A DNA stretch of 59,468 bases, filler included, from Xylographa opegraphella (GCA_022813865.1; 3 parts of 3 records of this genome joined end to end with filler, not necessarily neighbours in it); one strand, 5' to 3'; positions 24,012 to 37,404 are shown, counted from the first letter of the whole stretch. Translations and numbers: made by a program. Notes: generated by a model not told the origin, from the letters alone.

Positions 24012-25403
24012 TTACCTCTTGGGTATTCCGAGTTGTTCATTCAAAACCCTCAATCGACTCTTGAAAGGGTCCTTGTCGACATAGGCACCCCTTAGCCATC
24101 GCTCGCCGTCACCATCAAATGCCTTTCTGGCATGTAAAATCCTACGATTATCGAATATCACACAAGTTCCTTCTTCCATTTTCGTCTCGAATACAGAGTC
24201 TTCCGCTTCGAGAAACGCTTTGAAAACCTTAGCAGCTTTCAGGTAGACCCGTAACGCGGACAACCCAGGTTCGGTTTTGCCATTCCTCGAAATATCTTTC
24301 AATCCAATGTCTCTCTCAAAAGGACCCTGGAAAGGAGGGCTCCAACTAATTTCCTGCTCGGACCTTGTCAAGTCAGGGATTTCGAAACCAGATGAATCAA
24401 AATCTATCGGGCTACATAAGGTGGTTCGGTCCTGCTGATACCAATGGCCGTCATTCTTATATCTATAGGTTACTTGAAAATTGTAAAGTGAAGGCAGGTT
24501 CTCAGGTGCATCTTTCGATACTGCATAACAAGCATTCAAACCGTCACTGAAAAGGCTCTCTCCGCCCAGTGTACTCGCGATCATTGTGTGAAGTATCTGT
24601 AGGCCTGGAGGACTGGCCATATACAAGAGATCCATATGAAATCCAAGGTTCTGTGATGTGTACGCAACGTTTTTTGCGGAAGGGATTGAGCGCACATCCC
24701 ATGTGGGACCATAAAACGTGTTCCGGAGCGGCCCGATCCTGTTGGCAATCCGTTCTATTGCAGAGGCTTCTGAAGGAGTTGCACTGATGAAGAATATCCC
24801 GTAGCGGTGCAGATGGTTCAAAGCCTTGTGTAAGATCTCTGCTGATTCTAGATACTCGCTATATCGAAAGGTACAATGCCTGGTGACAATGAGATTCTTG
24901 GTCCATGGAATACGGCGAGGAAATCTGTTTGAGGCAAGCATGCGAGCACGGTCATCATGATTTTTTGCAAAGAATGCAGGTGTGAAGGTACTCGTGTGAG
25001 GATAATAACCAGCAACATCATTTGCCCATCGGATCTCAATGCTTCCATCAGATATATACCGATGGCTCTCAATATCTATACTCAACGGTATATCAGCCGT
25101 CTCGAACAGCTTTTGCCTAGTCGAGGGATCAACGCATCGAGGACATGAACAGGCATCTCGCAAGAATAATTTGTCGACTTGAGTAGGATCAGGGGAGGCC
25201 GCGTACTGAAACGTCATGGGATCGTGCGAGTAGCCCATTTTGGCTTCGTCGGGATAGCTCTGCCGATGATTCGATCCATGATCAGAGACTGCTGTTATAG
25301 CCTCGTTCCTAGCAGCATGGGTCGACGAGCTCCATCGCGTTGCCGAATGGAGGACTTTTGGGAGTCTACCTTTACCACGAAATAGACTTTTAGATTGGTT
25401 CAT
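24012..25403 (-). CDS. Mitochondrial Fe(II)/2-oxoglutarate dioxygenase, gamma-butyrobetaine dioxygenase/TauD family (Aim17-like)
   Basis: LRDACSCPRC zinc domain, NVAYT, FHMDLLY (HxD), IFDNRRILHAR, RWLRGAY. Confidence 0.85.
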   Translation of the reverse strand: MNQSKSLFRGKGRLPKVLHSATRWSSSTHAARNEAITAVSDHGSNHRQSYPDEAKMGYSHDPMTFQYAASPDPTQVDKLFLRDACSCPRCVDPSTRQKLFETADIPLSIDIESHRYISDGSIEIRWANDVAGYYPHTSTFTPAFFAKNHDDRARMLASNRFPRRIPWTKNLIVTRHCTFRYSEYLESAEILHKALNHLHRYGIFFISATPSEASAIERIANRIGPLRNTFYGPTWDVRSIPSAKNVAYTSQNLGFHMDLLYMASPPGLQILHTMIASTLGGESLFSDGLNACYAVSKDAPENLPSLYNFQVTYRYKNDGHWYQQDRTTLCSPIDFDSSGFEIPDLTRSEQEISWSPPFQGPFERDIGLKDISRNGKTEPGLSALRVYLKAAKVFKAFLEAEDSVFETKMEEGTCVIFDNRRILHARKAFDGDGERWLRGAYVDKDPFKSRLRVLNEQLGIPKR

Positions 25404-25632
25404 GACGGAGTTCAGAAATAATCGCCTCTGTATAGCGTACGGTTCAGCCCTTGTTCTTCAAAGGCTGATGACAGTAAAGAGAAGGCTGGACCTGGACGAC
25501 GTTGAAAGCGCTTTGGTTCTAGTGCGGAGGCGCGCTCAACAATGCTTAGCCGCTTCGGCCCGAGCCAGACTTTCTCTTTGTATCTACCTCGTTTTCGCTT
25601 CTTGACCGATACTGGTATAACGAGATGATTGA

Positions 25633-26738
25633 ATGTCTGGAGGGGGAGAGCATTTGAAGGACGAGGTTGATCCGCTATACGCTTACGACTCTTCAAGGAG
25701 GGCTAACTTGCTTTTGCTAGGGCTCGAAGTCGCAAGTTCTCCTTGCCGGAGCTACTGCAGGACTTGTATCACGGTGAGGCCAGTACAGCGTGCACGGTTA
25801 CTGTGACTAACATCAATCAGGTTCTGTATAGCTCCTTTGGACGTATTGAAGATCCGTCTTCAGCTTCAAACCACACCTCTTCGGGGCCGAACCATCTCCC
25901 CCATCCCCTACGGGAGTGGTGCTATATCGATCGTTAGGTCCATCTTTCGCAATGAAGGAATACAGGTAGCTTCACTGCGAGTGACCTTCGTGGCTCACAC
26001 TTATATTGCTGACCCTAGGGGTTTTGGCGTGGCAACATTCCCGCGGAGCTGCTCTACATAACCTATGGCTCGATCCAATTCAGTACATATCGTCTGACGA
26101 CAAGCGTCCTTTCAATAATACCAACTTGTATTCCAGATCCTATGACGACCTTTCTTGCCGGCGCTTTTGCTGGAGCTGTTGCTACGTCAGCCACATACCC
26201 GCTCGATTTACTCCGCACAAGGTTTGCTGCCCAGGGCACCTCCAGGATATATGCTTCGCTTCTCTCCTCCGTCCGTAGTATTTACGTTACGGAGGGTGTT
26301 CCCGGCTTCTTTCGAGGTCTTGGCGCTGGAGTAGCCCAAATTGTGCCATACATGGGCCTATTCTTTAGCACCTATGAAACACTACGCCCACTACTCGTCG
26401 AGCTCGACCTGCCGTTTGGCTCTGGTGATGCCACTGCAGGCGTGCTGGCAAGTGTAGCGGCGAAAACTGGGGTATTTCCGCTTGACTTGATACGAAAGCG
26501 TATACAGGTGCAAGGGCCCCCGAGAGAATGCCTTGCTGGCGGGTTGATACCTCTTTACGGAAAGGGAGTCTTAAGAGTCGGAAAGGAGATCGTCGGGAAG
26601 GAAGGTTGGAGAGGTTTGTATAGAGGTTTGGCTGTTGGATTAATCAAGGCTGCACCAGCTAGCGCAGTGACGATGTGGACCTACGAACGAGTCCTGAAGG
26701 ACTTAAAACATTGGAGCTCTGGTGACGAGAACACTTAG
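25633..26738 (+). CDS. TPC1: Mitochondrial thiamine pyrophosphate carrier (multi-exon)
   Basis: [11 protein letters not shown] start. Three PxDxx(K/R)xR carrier signatures ([29 protein letters not shown]). [17 protein letters not shown]. Confidence 0.85.
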
Positions 26739-26832
26739 GTCAAAGAACTACCTACATTGGCCTTTTCAGGGCTTTGTCGGCATACAACATCACTTTTGTG
26801 TAAAGTGCTCAAAGCTTGTCGCCTCTGTAAGG

Positions 26833-27861
26833 TCACAAATAATGTGGCCAATGAACCGTGGTAACACGTCGGCAAGCCCGGTTCGCATCATAAAAACCAT
26901 TGAAATGCCCAAGCAACATACCCAACCTTCTTGTAGCAGGCCAATTCACGGGTACCGTTTCACCTTCTGCACATCCTATGTTGTTTTCCGCTCGAACTTC
27001 CTTCACCAGTGGCAACATATCACCCCACACATCGTCTTGATACCGTGTCAGAACGTCCAGCCAGGACTCGAAATTAGCGATTGAAATATCAGCGGAAGAC
27101 CTTGAAAAAGTTTCGTTCTCTATGTTCATGGGTTCAACTGATGCAGAGATCATGAGATCTCCATGGACGAAATTGTAGCTGGAGTCAAAATTAGGTAACA
27201 GGTTCAGAGGATTTGTGGGTGATGGTGAGTGATGGACAGGTGGTTCTGTTAAGCGATTCCCAAATCTGTAAGTACTTATACGATCCACGTCGTTGAGTTT
27301 CCATGATTCCGAGTAGTTTTCCATATATTCGGCATCGACTGAAGGACCGAGCAGTTCATCCACGAAAGCCTCCTTATCAGAAAGCAGATCGACTACCTCT
27401 GCCCCGTCTTCAAGCCAAGATCCTCGTTGTTTTCCATGCCGACTTTTAGTGGTGACTTTTGTTTCGTGTCCGTAGAGGAGTTGGGCTAGATTCGTGGTCG
27501 GAGCAGCACTGAAAATATCGAAGTCATGTTGAAGCGAAGCAGTCGAGGCCGAGGATATATATGCATGAGTTCGAAAGCTCTTGGGCAGTAGTGAACCTAC
27601 TTTACCATCGCTCGTGAAGTTAACGTTTTCAGAAGTTTCTTGTGGCGAAATAGTAAGCCGGTTCGCAAGTTCTGAGGATAGACCACTTTTGCTTGATGCT
27701 GACGAGATTGCCGCAAGATTCTCACGAATGTGTAGAGGTTGAAGCTGCACAATGGTCGCATGCATCAGAGCAGCGGTGGAGACGCCAATGCGATCGAGTA
27801 GTGAGCCTCGAGATTCATGTGCATACCTCGTGGTTTTTTGGTTATGGCTCGGTTCAACCAT
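26833..27861 (-). CDS. Hypothetical protein, 342 aa
   Basis: Long single ORF with normal GC. Segments DGAEVVDLL, WLDVLTRYQDDVWGD and ATRRLGMLLGH look conserved. Function unknown. Confidence 0.7.
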   Translation of the reverse strand: MVEPSHNQKTTRYAHESRGSLLDRIGVSTAALMHATIVQLQPLHIRENLAAISSASSKSGLSSELANRLTISPQETSENVNFTSDGKVGSLLPKSFRTHAYISSASTASLQHDFDIFSAAPTTNLAQLLYGHETKVTTKSRHGKQRGSWLEDGAEVVDLLSDKEAFVDELLGPSVDAEYMENYSESWKLNDVDRISTYRFGNRLTEPPVHHSPSPTNPLNLLPNFDSSYNFVHGDLMISASVEPMNIENETFSRSSADISIANFESWLDVLTRYQDDVWGDMLPLVKEVRAENNIGCAEGETVPVNWPATRRLGMLLGHFNGFYDANRACRRVTTVHWPHYL

Positions 27862-28682
27862 ACTCGAGTCGAGAGCTCACAGCTTTGACGCAATTGAAAA
27901 GGGTCAATCCCAATGGAAGGACAGTAGTATCCGAGCAATTAGAATCGCAACTTGAGTCAAAACACACAAGAAAACAGAATCATGTCAGATTTTATCTTAA
28001 ACTGATGCCGATAGACCGAAGAGTCGGGTCCGATACTACATATACTAATGACGCTATACAAATGTATGGCGAGCCAGTCAGAGAGAGTGTGATGGGTTTT
28101 CCGCTTCAGCAGAAGAGATTGTCAACTGTTAGAGGGAGCTTATGATTTAACAGAAATTGCGTGGTAGAAACAGTCCACTGAAAAATGGTTCTGTTTTGTT
28201 GGACCTGTTGCTCTACTAGATTCGGGGATTTTTCGCGCGGAAATCTGGGTTGCGCTAGGACTAGTCTAGACTAGACTAGTTCAAGAGAGAGCGCCCATCT
28301 CTGACACACGCCTTCCACTTTTGGCTCGCCCAAGCCTACCTTATTATTGAGAAGATACATTGCTATTATTGCGTTCAACTACTTCGTTTTTGTTAGTCAT
28401 TGGACTTGAGAGGCTCAACTAACCTCCAATTCGTGTTATATAATAACTCACATCTGTGTTCATGTGCGGTAGACTTCGGCTAAAGGATCTCAAGCTCTTA
28501 CGCGTGTCTGCGTCCGCTCGGTGTCCCACCACACCCCTAGCCTGTACCTCCTCTCCAAACACCTCTGCGTCACTCTCCACGGATCGCGATATCTTTGTCC
28601 GACATACTGTCGTCTGTAAGACTAGGAAATCCTAGTATTCCTGCGCGGTGTGGGTATCCTTCATTAAGTGGTGGGCCTGAAG

Positions 28683-30413
28683 ATGCCCATGGACGGAGAA
28701 TCCAATTCTCCAACATGGAAGTTCACTCAGTATGCTTCCCTTCTGGACAAAGAGGTCTTACAACCTAGCCGAGCTAAACTCGAGGTAGATGTTTTGGGGA
28801 CAAGGGAGATGTGGAGGATATCACAGAAGGTCGGTTTTGGATATGAAAGGGAGCAGACACCGCTTTTGCTCCCTTGCTAAGTTTGGGTTATAGCGGACAT
28901 TATCTCGACGGTTGAGTTCGACCATACCGGCAACTACCTTGCAACGGGTGACAAAGGCGGTAGAGTTGTACTTTTCGAGAGAAATGAAACCGTAAGCTGT
29001 CTTCAGTAATGATAACTCATAAATCTAATGAGCCCCAGAAAAAAACCTGCGAGTACAAGTTCCATACGGAATTTCAATCGCACGAGCCAGAATTTGATTA
29101 TCTGAAATCGCTGGAGATAGAAGAGAAGATCAACAAGATCAAATGGTGTCGGAGGCAGAATGCGTCACATTACTTACTATCCACCAATGACAAAACAATT
29201 AAGCTATGGAAAGTTTTCGAGAAGTCTCTGAAGGTAGTAGCTGAGAACAATCTGTCTCATGACCTGACCCCAGGTGGTCTAGGTGGAGGTCCACCAAGGC
29301 CAAACCCCAATGCACATTTCCGCAACGCCTCCGCGCTCAAACTCCCCCGACTTACTCACCATGATACTGTCGTTGCCGCTGTACCCCGGCGAACATATGC
29401 GAACGCTCACGCATATCATATTAATAGCATTTCTGTCAATAGCGATGGCGAAACTTTCATCAGTAGTGATGACCTGCGCATCAATCTTTGGAACCTCAAT
29501 ATTCAAGATCAGAGTTTCAATATTGTCGATATCAAGCCAGCAAATATGGAAGAGCTTACAGAAGTTATTACTGCTGCCGAGTTTCACCCTCAGAGCTGTA
29601 ACTGGTTCATGTACGCAAGTTCTAAGGGTACCATCAAACTTGCAGATATGAGAGAGAGTGCGCTTTGTGATCAACATGCCAAGCGTGAGTAGGACCAGCC
29701 TTCTCTCCACCCTACAATAACTGACACTGTATTAATAGAGTTCGAACAAGAAGAAGACCCCTCATCCCGCTCGTTCTTCTCCGAGATTATCTCCTCCATC
29801 TCAGATGTGCGATTCTCTCATGATGGTAGATACATATTGTCTCGCGATTACCTCACCGTAAAGATTTGGGATGTGAATATGGAGAGAACCCCTGTTAAGA
29901 CCATCCCTATACACGAACACCTGCGTCCTCGTCTTTGCGATACGTATGAAAATGACAGCATCTTTGATAAATTCGAAGTCGTGTTCTCTGGAGATGCAAA
30001 GAACGTCATGACTGGAAGTTATAACAATAACTTCATGATCTACCCATCAGATCCTGATCGCGAAATGGAGGTTGTGTTACAGGCAGACAAATCAGCTTTC
30101 AAAGCTAAAAAGGTCGGAGTACCGACTCCCATTAACTCTACAACTAGCCCCACGAATGGTCCTGGAGGGAAAAAAGGTGGATCTCGAGCCGGCAGCCCAG
30201 CCGCGGGCGCCGGGGGACAGGGAGGACGAATGAGAAAGGAGACAGATGCAGATCAAATCGACTTCAATAAGAAAATCCTGCATATGAGTTGGCATCCGTT
30301 CGAGGATAGCATTGCTATTGCAGCCACGAATAATGTATGGCCCTTAAAACTTAGCCTCCATTACTCGGAAGCACTGACAAACCTGCTAGCTCTTTGTTTT
30401 TTCGGCATTGTAA
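28683..30413 (+). CDS. CDC55: PP2A B55 regulatory subunit (WD40; multi-exon)
   Basis: [61 protein letters not shown]. Start at 28683 or 28689. Confidence 0.95.
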
Positions 30414-31130
30414 GCAACAGTGCCTGTATCTTGCTAGCTAGCTCGGCGTTCCGAGCTTTCGTGGACTTTCCTTCACAAGCTTGGGATGTTGGCTTCCCCA
30501 TTTTGACGATCCGCTGAAGAACGATATTACAGGCATGAGCAGAGGCATGATTCAAGAGACATGCAATGCTTCACGACTCAAATTGTGGAAGATGGGTGGG
30601 GAGACGGCCAAGTGGGCAGTCGAAGATGTATCTGCATGCTCTCGGGTAAGGGGCATTGGGAATGGCGCAGAATCGCATAGTACGACATGCTGCGTAACGT
30701 GGGTAGACGACGATTCGCCTAGACGGAGCGGTTCTACTTAAATCAATGCTAGCCATTTCTTTCCGCGCATCCGTAAATTGTAACAAGACGTGGTCATATA
30801 AGTGCCTTACCCTCCAGCCTCGATTCATGGCTAGGGGCAACGTTGGATATTACAAGCTCAGTAAGGCTCTCCACTTTTGCCCGGTCTGCGGGAGATTGTC
30901 AGCGTGGGGGCCACGACCACGCTGTTCGCCCAGACGGAGCCCCTGGAGCTACCACTAGTGGCCCGCCGGTGGGTCGATGGCTATCGTCATCGTACAGCTC
31001 TCGAAGCACGGGGTTACGGTGTCTTTCAAATGAGGAATGAGGAACGGGCTTACGAATCTTGCAGTTCGTGAATTTCATCGATGAACTCTTGAGAGCTCGA
31101 TCTAGCCTCTCAACTCTCTTTCAACCGCCT

Positions 31131-32636
31131 ATGTCTCCATCTCAAAGCGATGAGCTTGGCAGGTCGATGAATGCATCGCCCGGCAGTGGACTTGAAGCGG
31201 ATGAGAAACGGCTCAACGGCGTTGTGCCAGGACCCAAGATTGGCTCCAAAGACGGGAATGGGGACGAAAGAGCAAACGCCTTGGGACTCATTGACATAAT
31301 CGGTGTGATGCTTTACTCCTCTGTGCCAACAGTCATCAGTTGGGGCCTTAGCATGGGACTAATCTTCGGAGGATGTTGCTCGAATGTGCGTAACCCTACG
31401 GGTTTGATATAGTCCAAGTTTCTGATATACGCGTTAAGGTTTTCGCATTAGAAGCAATCGTCAAGTGAGTTCTCGAAGCCTGAACGCTTCGCCCCCTATC
31501 GCTAATTGGATGTTGCTAGGGACGAACCGGAGAGTGGTATTACCCTCATTTTCTATAATTGCAAGGATATACGGCTGAGGAACACTAGGGCTTCTCATTA
31601 CCTTCACTCAATTCGTTGTCACCTTTCTACTTACTTGGCCTCGCCATTTCTCCTCTACACACCGGCCTTGGTATCTCAGAACTCCCGCTGTACCTCTGTT
31701 ACGATGGGTCCCGAACATACTTTTATTCTTTTGTGTTAACATGCTCAACAACTTCGCTTTTGGCTATAATATCTCGGTTCCTGTTCATATCATCCTTCGT
31801 AGCGGTGGTAGCGTAACCACAATCTTCGTAGGGTGGTTATGGGGCAAGCGCTTTAGCAAGATGCAAGTCATCAGTGTTGGAATGCTGACTGTTGGGATTA
31901 TTATTGCTGCTACGGCAGATGCGCAGGCGAGGGTATTCTTCCTTGTTCATCACCTTTTATTCCAGTCTGTCTGACGCACCATGGATAGGGCAAATATTCT
32001 GCCTCATCAACAGAGGCCTCTACTACGACTTTCTTGACCGGCTTTAGCATTCTCTTCGTTGCTCAAGTTCTTTCTGCGATAATGGGATTATATACCCAGT
32101 CCACGTACGCTATCTATGGTCCGCATTGGAGCGAGAACCTGTTCTACAGCCATTTTCTCTCGCTTCCACTCTTTCTTCCGTTTGCTTTACCATTATACGC
32201 TCAATTCAAACGGCTTCTCGACTCCCCTTCTCTCGAGCTATCCTTCCTACAATCAGATCCATCTCAATCTATTCACAACCAACGTTTCTACTGGCTTACC
32301 CGGGTAATGCCACCATGGCTGTACTCCAGAGAGGACTATCCGCTATCCCTACTTGCACCCAGAATTCCAGTACACTTCATCACCCTGATTCTTAACAGCT
32401 TGACGCAATACGTGTGCATTCGTGGTGTCAATCTATTGGGGGCGCGCTCCTCCGCTCTTGGTGTGACCATAGTATTGAATGTGCGAAAGCTTGTAAGTCT
32501 TTTTATTAGCATATGGGTGTTCAAGAATGAGCTGCCGATCGGCGTGATGCTAGGCGCAGCAGTTGTATTCGCCAGTGGAGCAGTGTATGCGTGGGAGGGG
32601 AGTCAGACACAGAAAGGAAAACGTAAATCCGCATGA
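31131..32636 (+). CDS. YEA4: UAA-family nucleotide-sugar transporter (UDP-GlcNAc, Yea4-like; multi-exon)
   Basis: LIFGGCCSN, LNNFAFGYNISVPVHIILRSGG, ENLFYSHFLSLP, TQYVCIRGVNLL, LNVRKLVSL. C-terminal basic ER-retrieval-like tail. Confidence 0.85.
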
Positions 32637-33118
32637 CTACCTAGATACCAAGCGACCTTCGCGAGCAATCACAAATAGATGAAAGAAGCTCCGATGATTA
32701 TTTTTGGATGTTATGGCAGCTGGAGCTATTTGCAGTTGGATAATACTGCATACGGAAGGATGACGTTTGCCTTGAGCATCGTGGAGCGGACGTTGATGGG
32801 TCAAGGAGAAGAGTATGCATGACATTGCTGCGGATTTGAGTTTCCAAAAAAATCACCACGACCAAAGCCTCGTGCTCGAGCCTGCAGTCGTGTTGGAGGG
32901 CAACCACGAAGACTCATGCACATCAACCATACACAGTAATGATATACTATATTCCCGTCACGTGACTTGGTATGAGCAGGGTAGAAGCTTACGGCGCCCG
33001 TCCAAGTATCGAGTTGGTATAGACGAAAACCGTTCATCCTGTGCTGGTGCGTTCTCTCCAACTCTGGCACATACATGGTCCGTTTTCTGCCATGATCGTC
33101 CTACTTTAGTGAGCACAA

Positions 33119-35742
33119 TCACAGCACCTCACCCACAATCCTAGCCGCCTCCTTGTACGTTGCTAGCAAACGCTCACACTTCTCCCTTTCAGCCTTGATT
33201 CCATCGTCCTCATACAGCATCTCGTTAAAGAGTTCCTCCTTGTACAGCTCGCTTACTAGACGATTTTGAACTGCGTCTTTGCTGTGATTGACCAATAAAT
33301 GCATTACAGCCTTTGGAACCTGATCGGCGATGGACTCACGAACAATATTAAAATAGGAGGAAATCAGGCGACGGATAAGTTCTGTTTCTAAGGCTTCGCG
33401 CTCGGTGAGATCAGGGGCTTGAGGAATAGAAGAGTTCTGCCAACAGCAGGTTATATCAGTGTTGAGAAACTACGAGCATCTCTCGATTTTTCAGATCTAA
33501 ACACGAGGCAAGACTTACGAAGCGTGAATCATAGCCGTAGCTTGCGTCCCCTCTCATAGTATCGTAGCCATCATGCCCGGGCCCATGCGGGTGCGGTTGG
33601 TTATATGGGGCTTGTGTGGGCAAAGCCCTGTCCATTATCCGATTATCACCTCGTCTGATACTCTGACTAAAACTTGGCTCTGCGGTATGGCTGACGTGAC
33701 GATTGCCCATAGCGGCAGCTGCAGCTGTGCCACCTACTGCTGAGGAACTGGCTGTAGACGGCAGACCAACTTCTTTGCCAAAGAAGTAATTCAGGAATGA
33801 GTCCCGACCACTACCTTGGGCTGCATTGCCGAAACGCGGCGGCGAGCTGGATCGATTACCGTTCATAGCGGCGGACAACCCGTTTTCTGTGGTACGACCA
33901 ATAGTAGGGGACATGCTTCTACCGGCTTTGATAGTATGGCTCCGGACGGGGAGACCTTGAGTGGTCTTTGCATCGTCAAGGATTTCTTCATCGTCTTCCG
34001 GCGTCTCAGTTCCGTTCAGACCGCCGAGCTCCTTTATTCTTCGTCGTTCTCGTTTCCGTCGCTCTTCCGCTGCAACAGTCTTTTTCTCCTTTTCCTGTCT
34101 ATCTTGGATCACAGAAGACATAGCAGCCGCAGCCCCAAGGAAATTGGGATGATTAGTGTTTATATATGCGCGTTGTATGGCGATTAATGACTCGACATAC
34201 TGAGAGCAAGGACCGAGTCGTTCACGGAGCAGGTCGGATACAACCTCTATCAATTTCGCTTGAAGACGCGGAAAACGGGAAAGCTCCACCGAGCCACATG
34301 TGTGGCAGATCTTGATGAGTTCTTCATAAACGAGCTCAACACATCGTTGACTGGGCACATCGAGCATCTTGATTTGTGGCTTGACAAGAAGATCAAATGC
34401 AAGCTCAGGAACAAATAAACTCGGCCGTGGACCAGTCGAGTTGCGAATTGCGGTTCGAATATCAAGTACGGAAAGGTTTGTAGTTGGATCAATTGTTTCT
34501 AGTGAATTTCCGAAGACCGAGTTGAAAATATAGTATATTCGTGCACCACCACAGAGCTCTTGTGTGGATATCTCGGATGAGGTGCCGTCAATTGAGGAGA
34601 TGAACGACGAGGCAAACCGTGTCATAAGCTGTAGGATAAGTGACCCTCGGTGCTCCTTCCCATAGAATTGCATATTGCCATAGCTGGCCAACTCTTGCTG
34701 GGTCTGACCCATCAGTGTATTCAGCCTGGCCTTGATATCCGGCAGGCGTTCCCTGATATGTCCCATGAGTGTTGTGTTTAAAGTCTTCGCAAGATATTGT
34801 GTTCCACAACGACCTGCCATATTCCGATATGCAGGATGATGCTTGAAGAATTCTGATTCTGACTTCAGAGCCTCGGCTAGCGACTTATTCCCTTGAATAT
34901 CTTGCTGTGACCGGTTGACCACGCCAATAAAACCCAACTTCAATGGATACACACGACCTGATAATATGTCCAGGGCATTCGTACCATGATCCATGAGATC
35001 GACCTTTGTAAGAACGCCGATTGTTCGTCGGCCCATCGGATCGACATATCTAGCTAGTTTTAGGGCTTCGGAATTGACAATGTCAACATTGGCGGGCGAT
35101 ACCGCGAGAATGATACTATTCGGCTTGGCGATGTACTCTGTAATTAGGTTTCTCGTCTGTTTCTCAATATCTGAAGGTTGATCTCCAATGGGCACCTTCG
35201 TCAAGCCTGGTAGGTCGACGAGTGTAAGGCTCAGTACATGCGGTGAGTAGATTTTCAGATTGATAGGCTGGCGATTGATGCCCTTGTTGTTTCCTGCTAT
35301 TCTCGCTGTCTCGTTCTCGATCTCTTTCTTCACTTCAGCAAAATCGTAAAACTTTTGGCCTAACATGTGATGAAACTCAGCCCATTCGCCTTGTCCGGCA
35401 AGATTCGCAGCTATATGTTGAACACGTACTGCGTCATCCTCGGACTTGTCTTCGCGCTCGCTCGGAACGTTGATAAGTTGCAGGATCAGCGGCCGCCGGG
35501 TGACAATACCACTTCCTCGCGGTAGGAAGTCTCTTCCTACTATGTTTTCGAGCACGGACGACTTTCCAGATGACTGAGATCCCACCACTACCTGTTATCC
35601 TTTAGTTTGTGAACGACAGAGGTATATGGTATTGAAAGCGCACAATCTGGGGTAGATCCAGTGAATCGTTGCCGATTGTATTGAACACGAGATCTTGTAA
35701 CTTGTTCACAACTCCAAGCAAATCCTCCCCTAAGGTCGCCAT
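33119..35742 (-). CDS. DNM1: Dynamin-related mitochondrial fission GTPase (3 exons)
   Basis: MATLGEDLLGVVNKLQD, GSQSSGKSS, DLPG, TKVD, insert-B region, GED ending EAARIVGEVL. Introns about 35593-35643 and 33439-33518. Confidence 0.95.
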
Positions 35743-36188
35743 ATCCAATCCACAGCAGGAGACTATGGCCTTTTCGAGGATGGAAGATGAAGAAGTAGCA
35801 CTTTACGAGGTAAGTAGTATGGACAGGTCAGTTCCACCTTAAGATTTCTAGGCTCCAATAGGACACTCCATATCTCAAGTCAGAAACGGACAGCTGGAGG
35901 ACGTACAGTAGTGGTTCGTTAGTTATGAGGACGACGTCGAGTTTTGGCGAATGGGTACGTTGCAGCTAAATAATTGTTTACAGGTCCTTGTACGAGGAAG
36001 TCCCTTGTCAAGCAAATTAGTACACATACGATTCACGCTTTATACTCACACCTCTACTTGCCTCTGCCAAAGTATGACGTACCATCGTTAGAAGGCCGAA
36101 GTAGGAAGCCTGGTGTTCACTCAAGCTTATGAAGTACCACGACGTGCATCATCTATTCTAGAGAAGTCTGCTCCAGTAGAATTCAATC

Positions 36189-37046
36189 ATGCAGTTTTCA
36201 TGCCATGTCCTATTCTGCTTACTTATCCCCGTGCTACACCTATGTACAGCGGTACCAGTCGCTCCATACGCTCAAAATCTCTTGGGAACCTCCGCCAAGA
36301 GTCCCGACAGCGTGAAGGCAGCGGAAGCTCACCACCATTATGTCTTCCCCTAGTCTTCCACGCTAAGGCAGTGCTTACAGCTCGAGGAGGGCCAAAATCA
36401 TTCCTGATGGTAAACCTGCTTGCTTGTGTTGCGCGAGCAACGCCAGATAATTATCTCGGTTCTCGACGACTTCATACCGACCGACCTTTGCCCTCTATCT
36501 TCCTTACACATCTGCTCATAAGGCCGCATCTTTGGGCAATGACATTCGTCCCTCGGGCACATCCTTTCCTCCTGTCTTTGAGGTCCATCGCCTTCCGTCC
36601 AATATCACTATCTCGCCGACGTGCACACTAGCCAGCAATCGGACTTACACGATTGCTCTGACACACCTTGATGCAACTTCTCGGGCTGATCTCATAAATG
36701 GCTAGTTCTGTTAATGGATTATAACTGGAGTCAGCATCGCCACAACTGGTTCACCAAAGGGAATGGACAAGCCAATGCCTTCATATCGGTGATAAATCCA
36801 CATTCCGTACATATTGTTGGCACAGGTTTGCATCAACTGGTAGAGTATATGCAACCAGCACCGCCAAAGGGCACGAGAAAGCACCGCTATATCTTTGTTT
36901 TGCTAGCTTCCGCCGACGAACATGAAGTCAATGGTAGGAAGAATTTGAAGAAGCCTAAGGAAAGATCGCATTGGGGTTACGGCGCAATTGGTAAGGGCGT
37001 TAGGGAGTGGGCGTATGAGAATGTGTTACAATGTGTTAGATTATGA
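36189..37046 (+). pseudogene. Disrupted PEBP/Tfs1-family gene with a signal-peptide-like N-terminus
   Basis: Fragments IIPD/VLDDF, YTIALTHLDATSRAD, FC*W and YMQPAPPKGTRKHRYIFVLL. In-frame TAG at 36703-36705, TAA at 36712-36714, an earlier TAG near 36351, and frameshifts. Confidence 0.8.
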
Positions 37047-37404
37047 AACCAGGTGATCTAGCGTGAGGCGGCCTCTCGCTCAATATACAGCGTTGTAGAA
37101 AGCCAAGGCCCCGGGGAAGCTAAATCGAAAGAGGGAATATTGTACAGATCGGAGCGGATCATTGCGCGTCACTAGCGGCCGAAGTTGAATTTAAACCCCC
37201 TCACCCTTAGAGCAGCTACGCTGCAACCAGGCAATCCAGCGTAAGGCGGCCTCTCGCTTAATATACAGCGTTGTGGAGTGCCAAGGTCCCGGTGAAGCTA
37301 AACCGAAAGTGGGAATATTGTACTGATCGGAGCGGATTATTCTACTTCATTAGCGCTCGAAGTTCGATTTGCACCCCTTTATTCTTAAAGTAGCTACGCT
37401 GCAA
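37047..37404. repeat. Two diverged tandem copies of a 178-bp unit
   Basis: AACCAGG...GCTACGCTGC units start at 37047 and 37225. Confidence 0.85.

Noticed and set aside
22461..26738. GRX4, Fe/2OG dioxygenase and TPC1 as an iron/mitochondrial functional cluster
   Set aside because: Ordinary housekeeping neighbours; no shared pathway or shared regulatory motif can be shown from the sequence.
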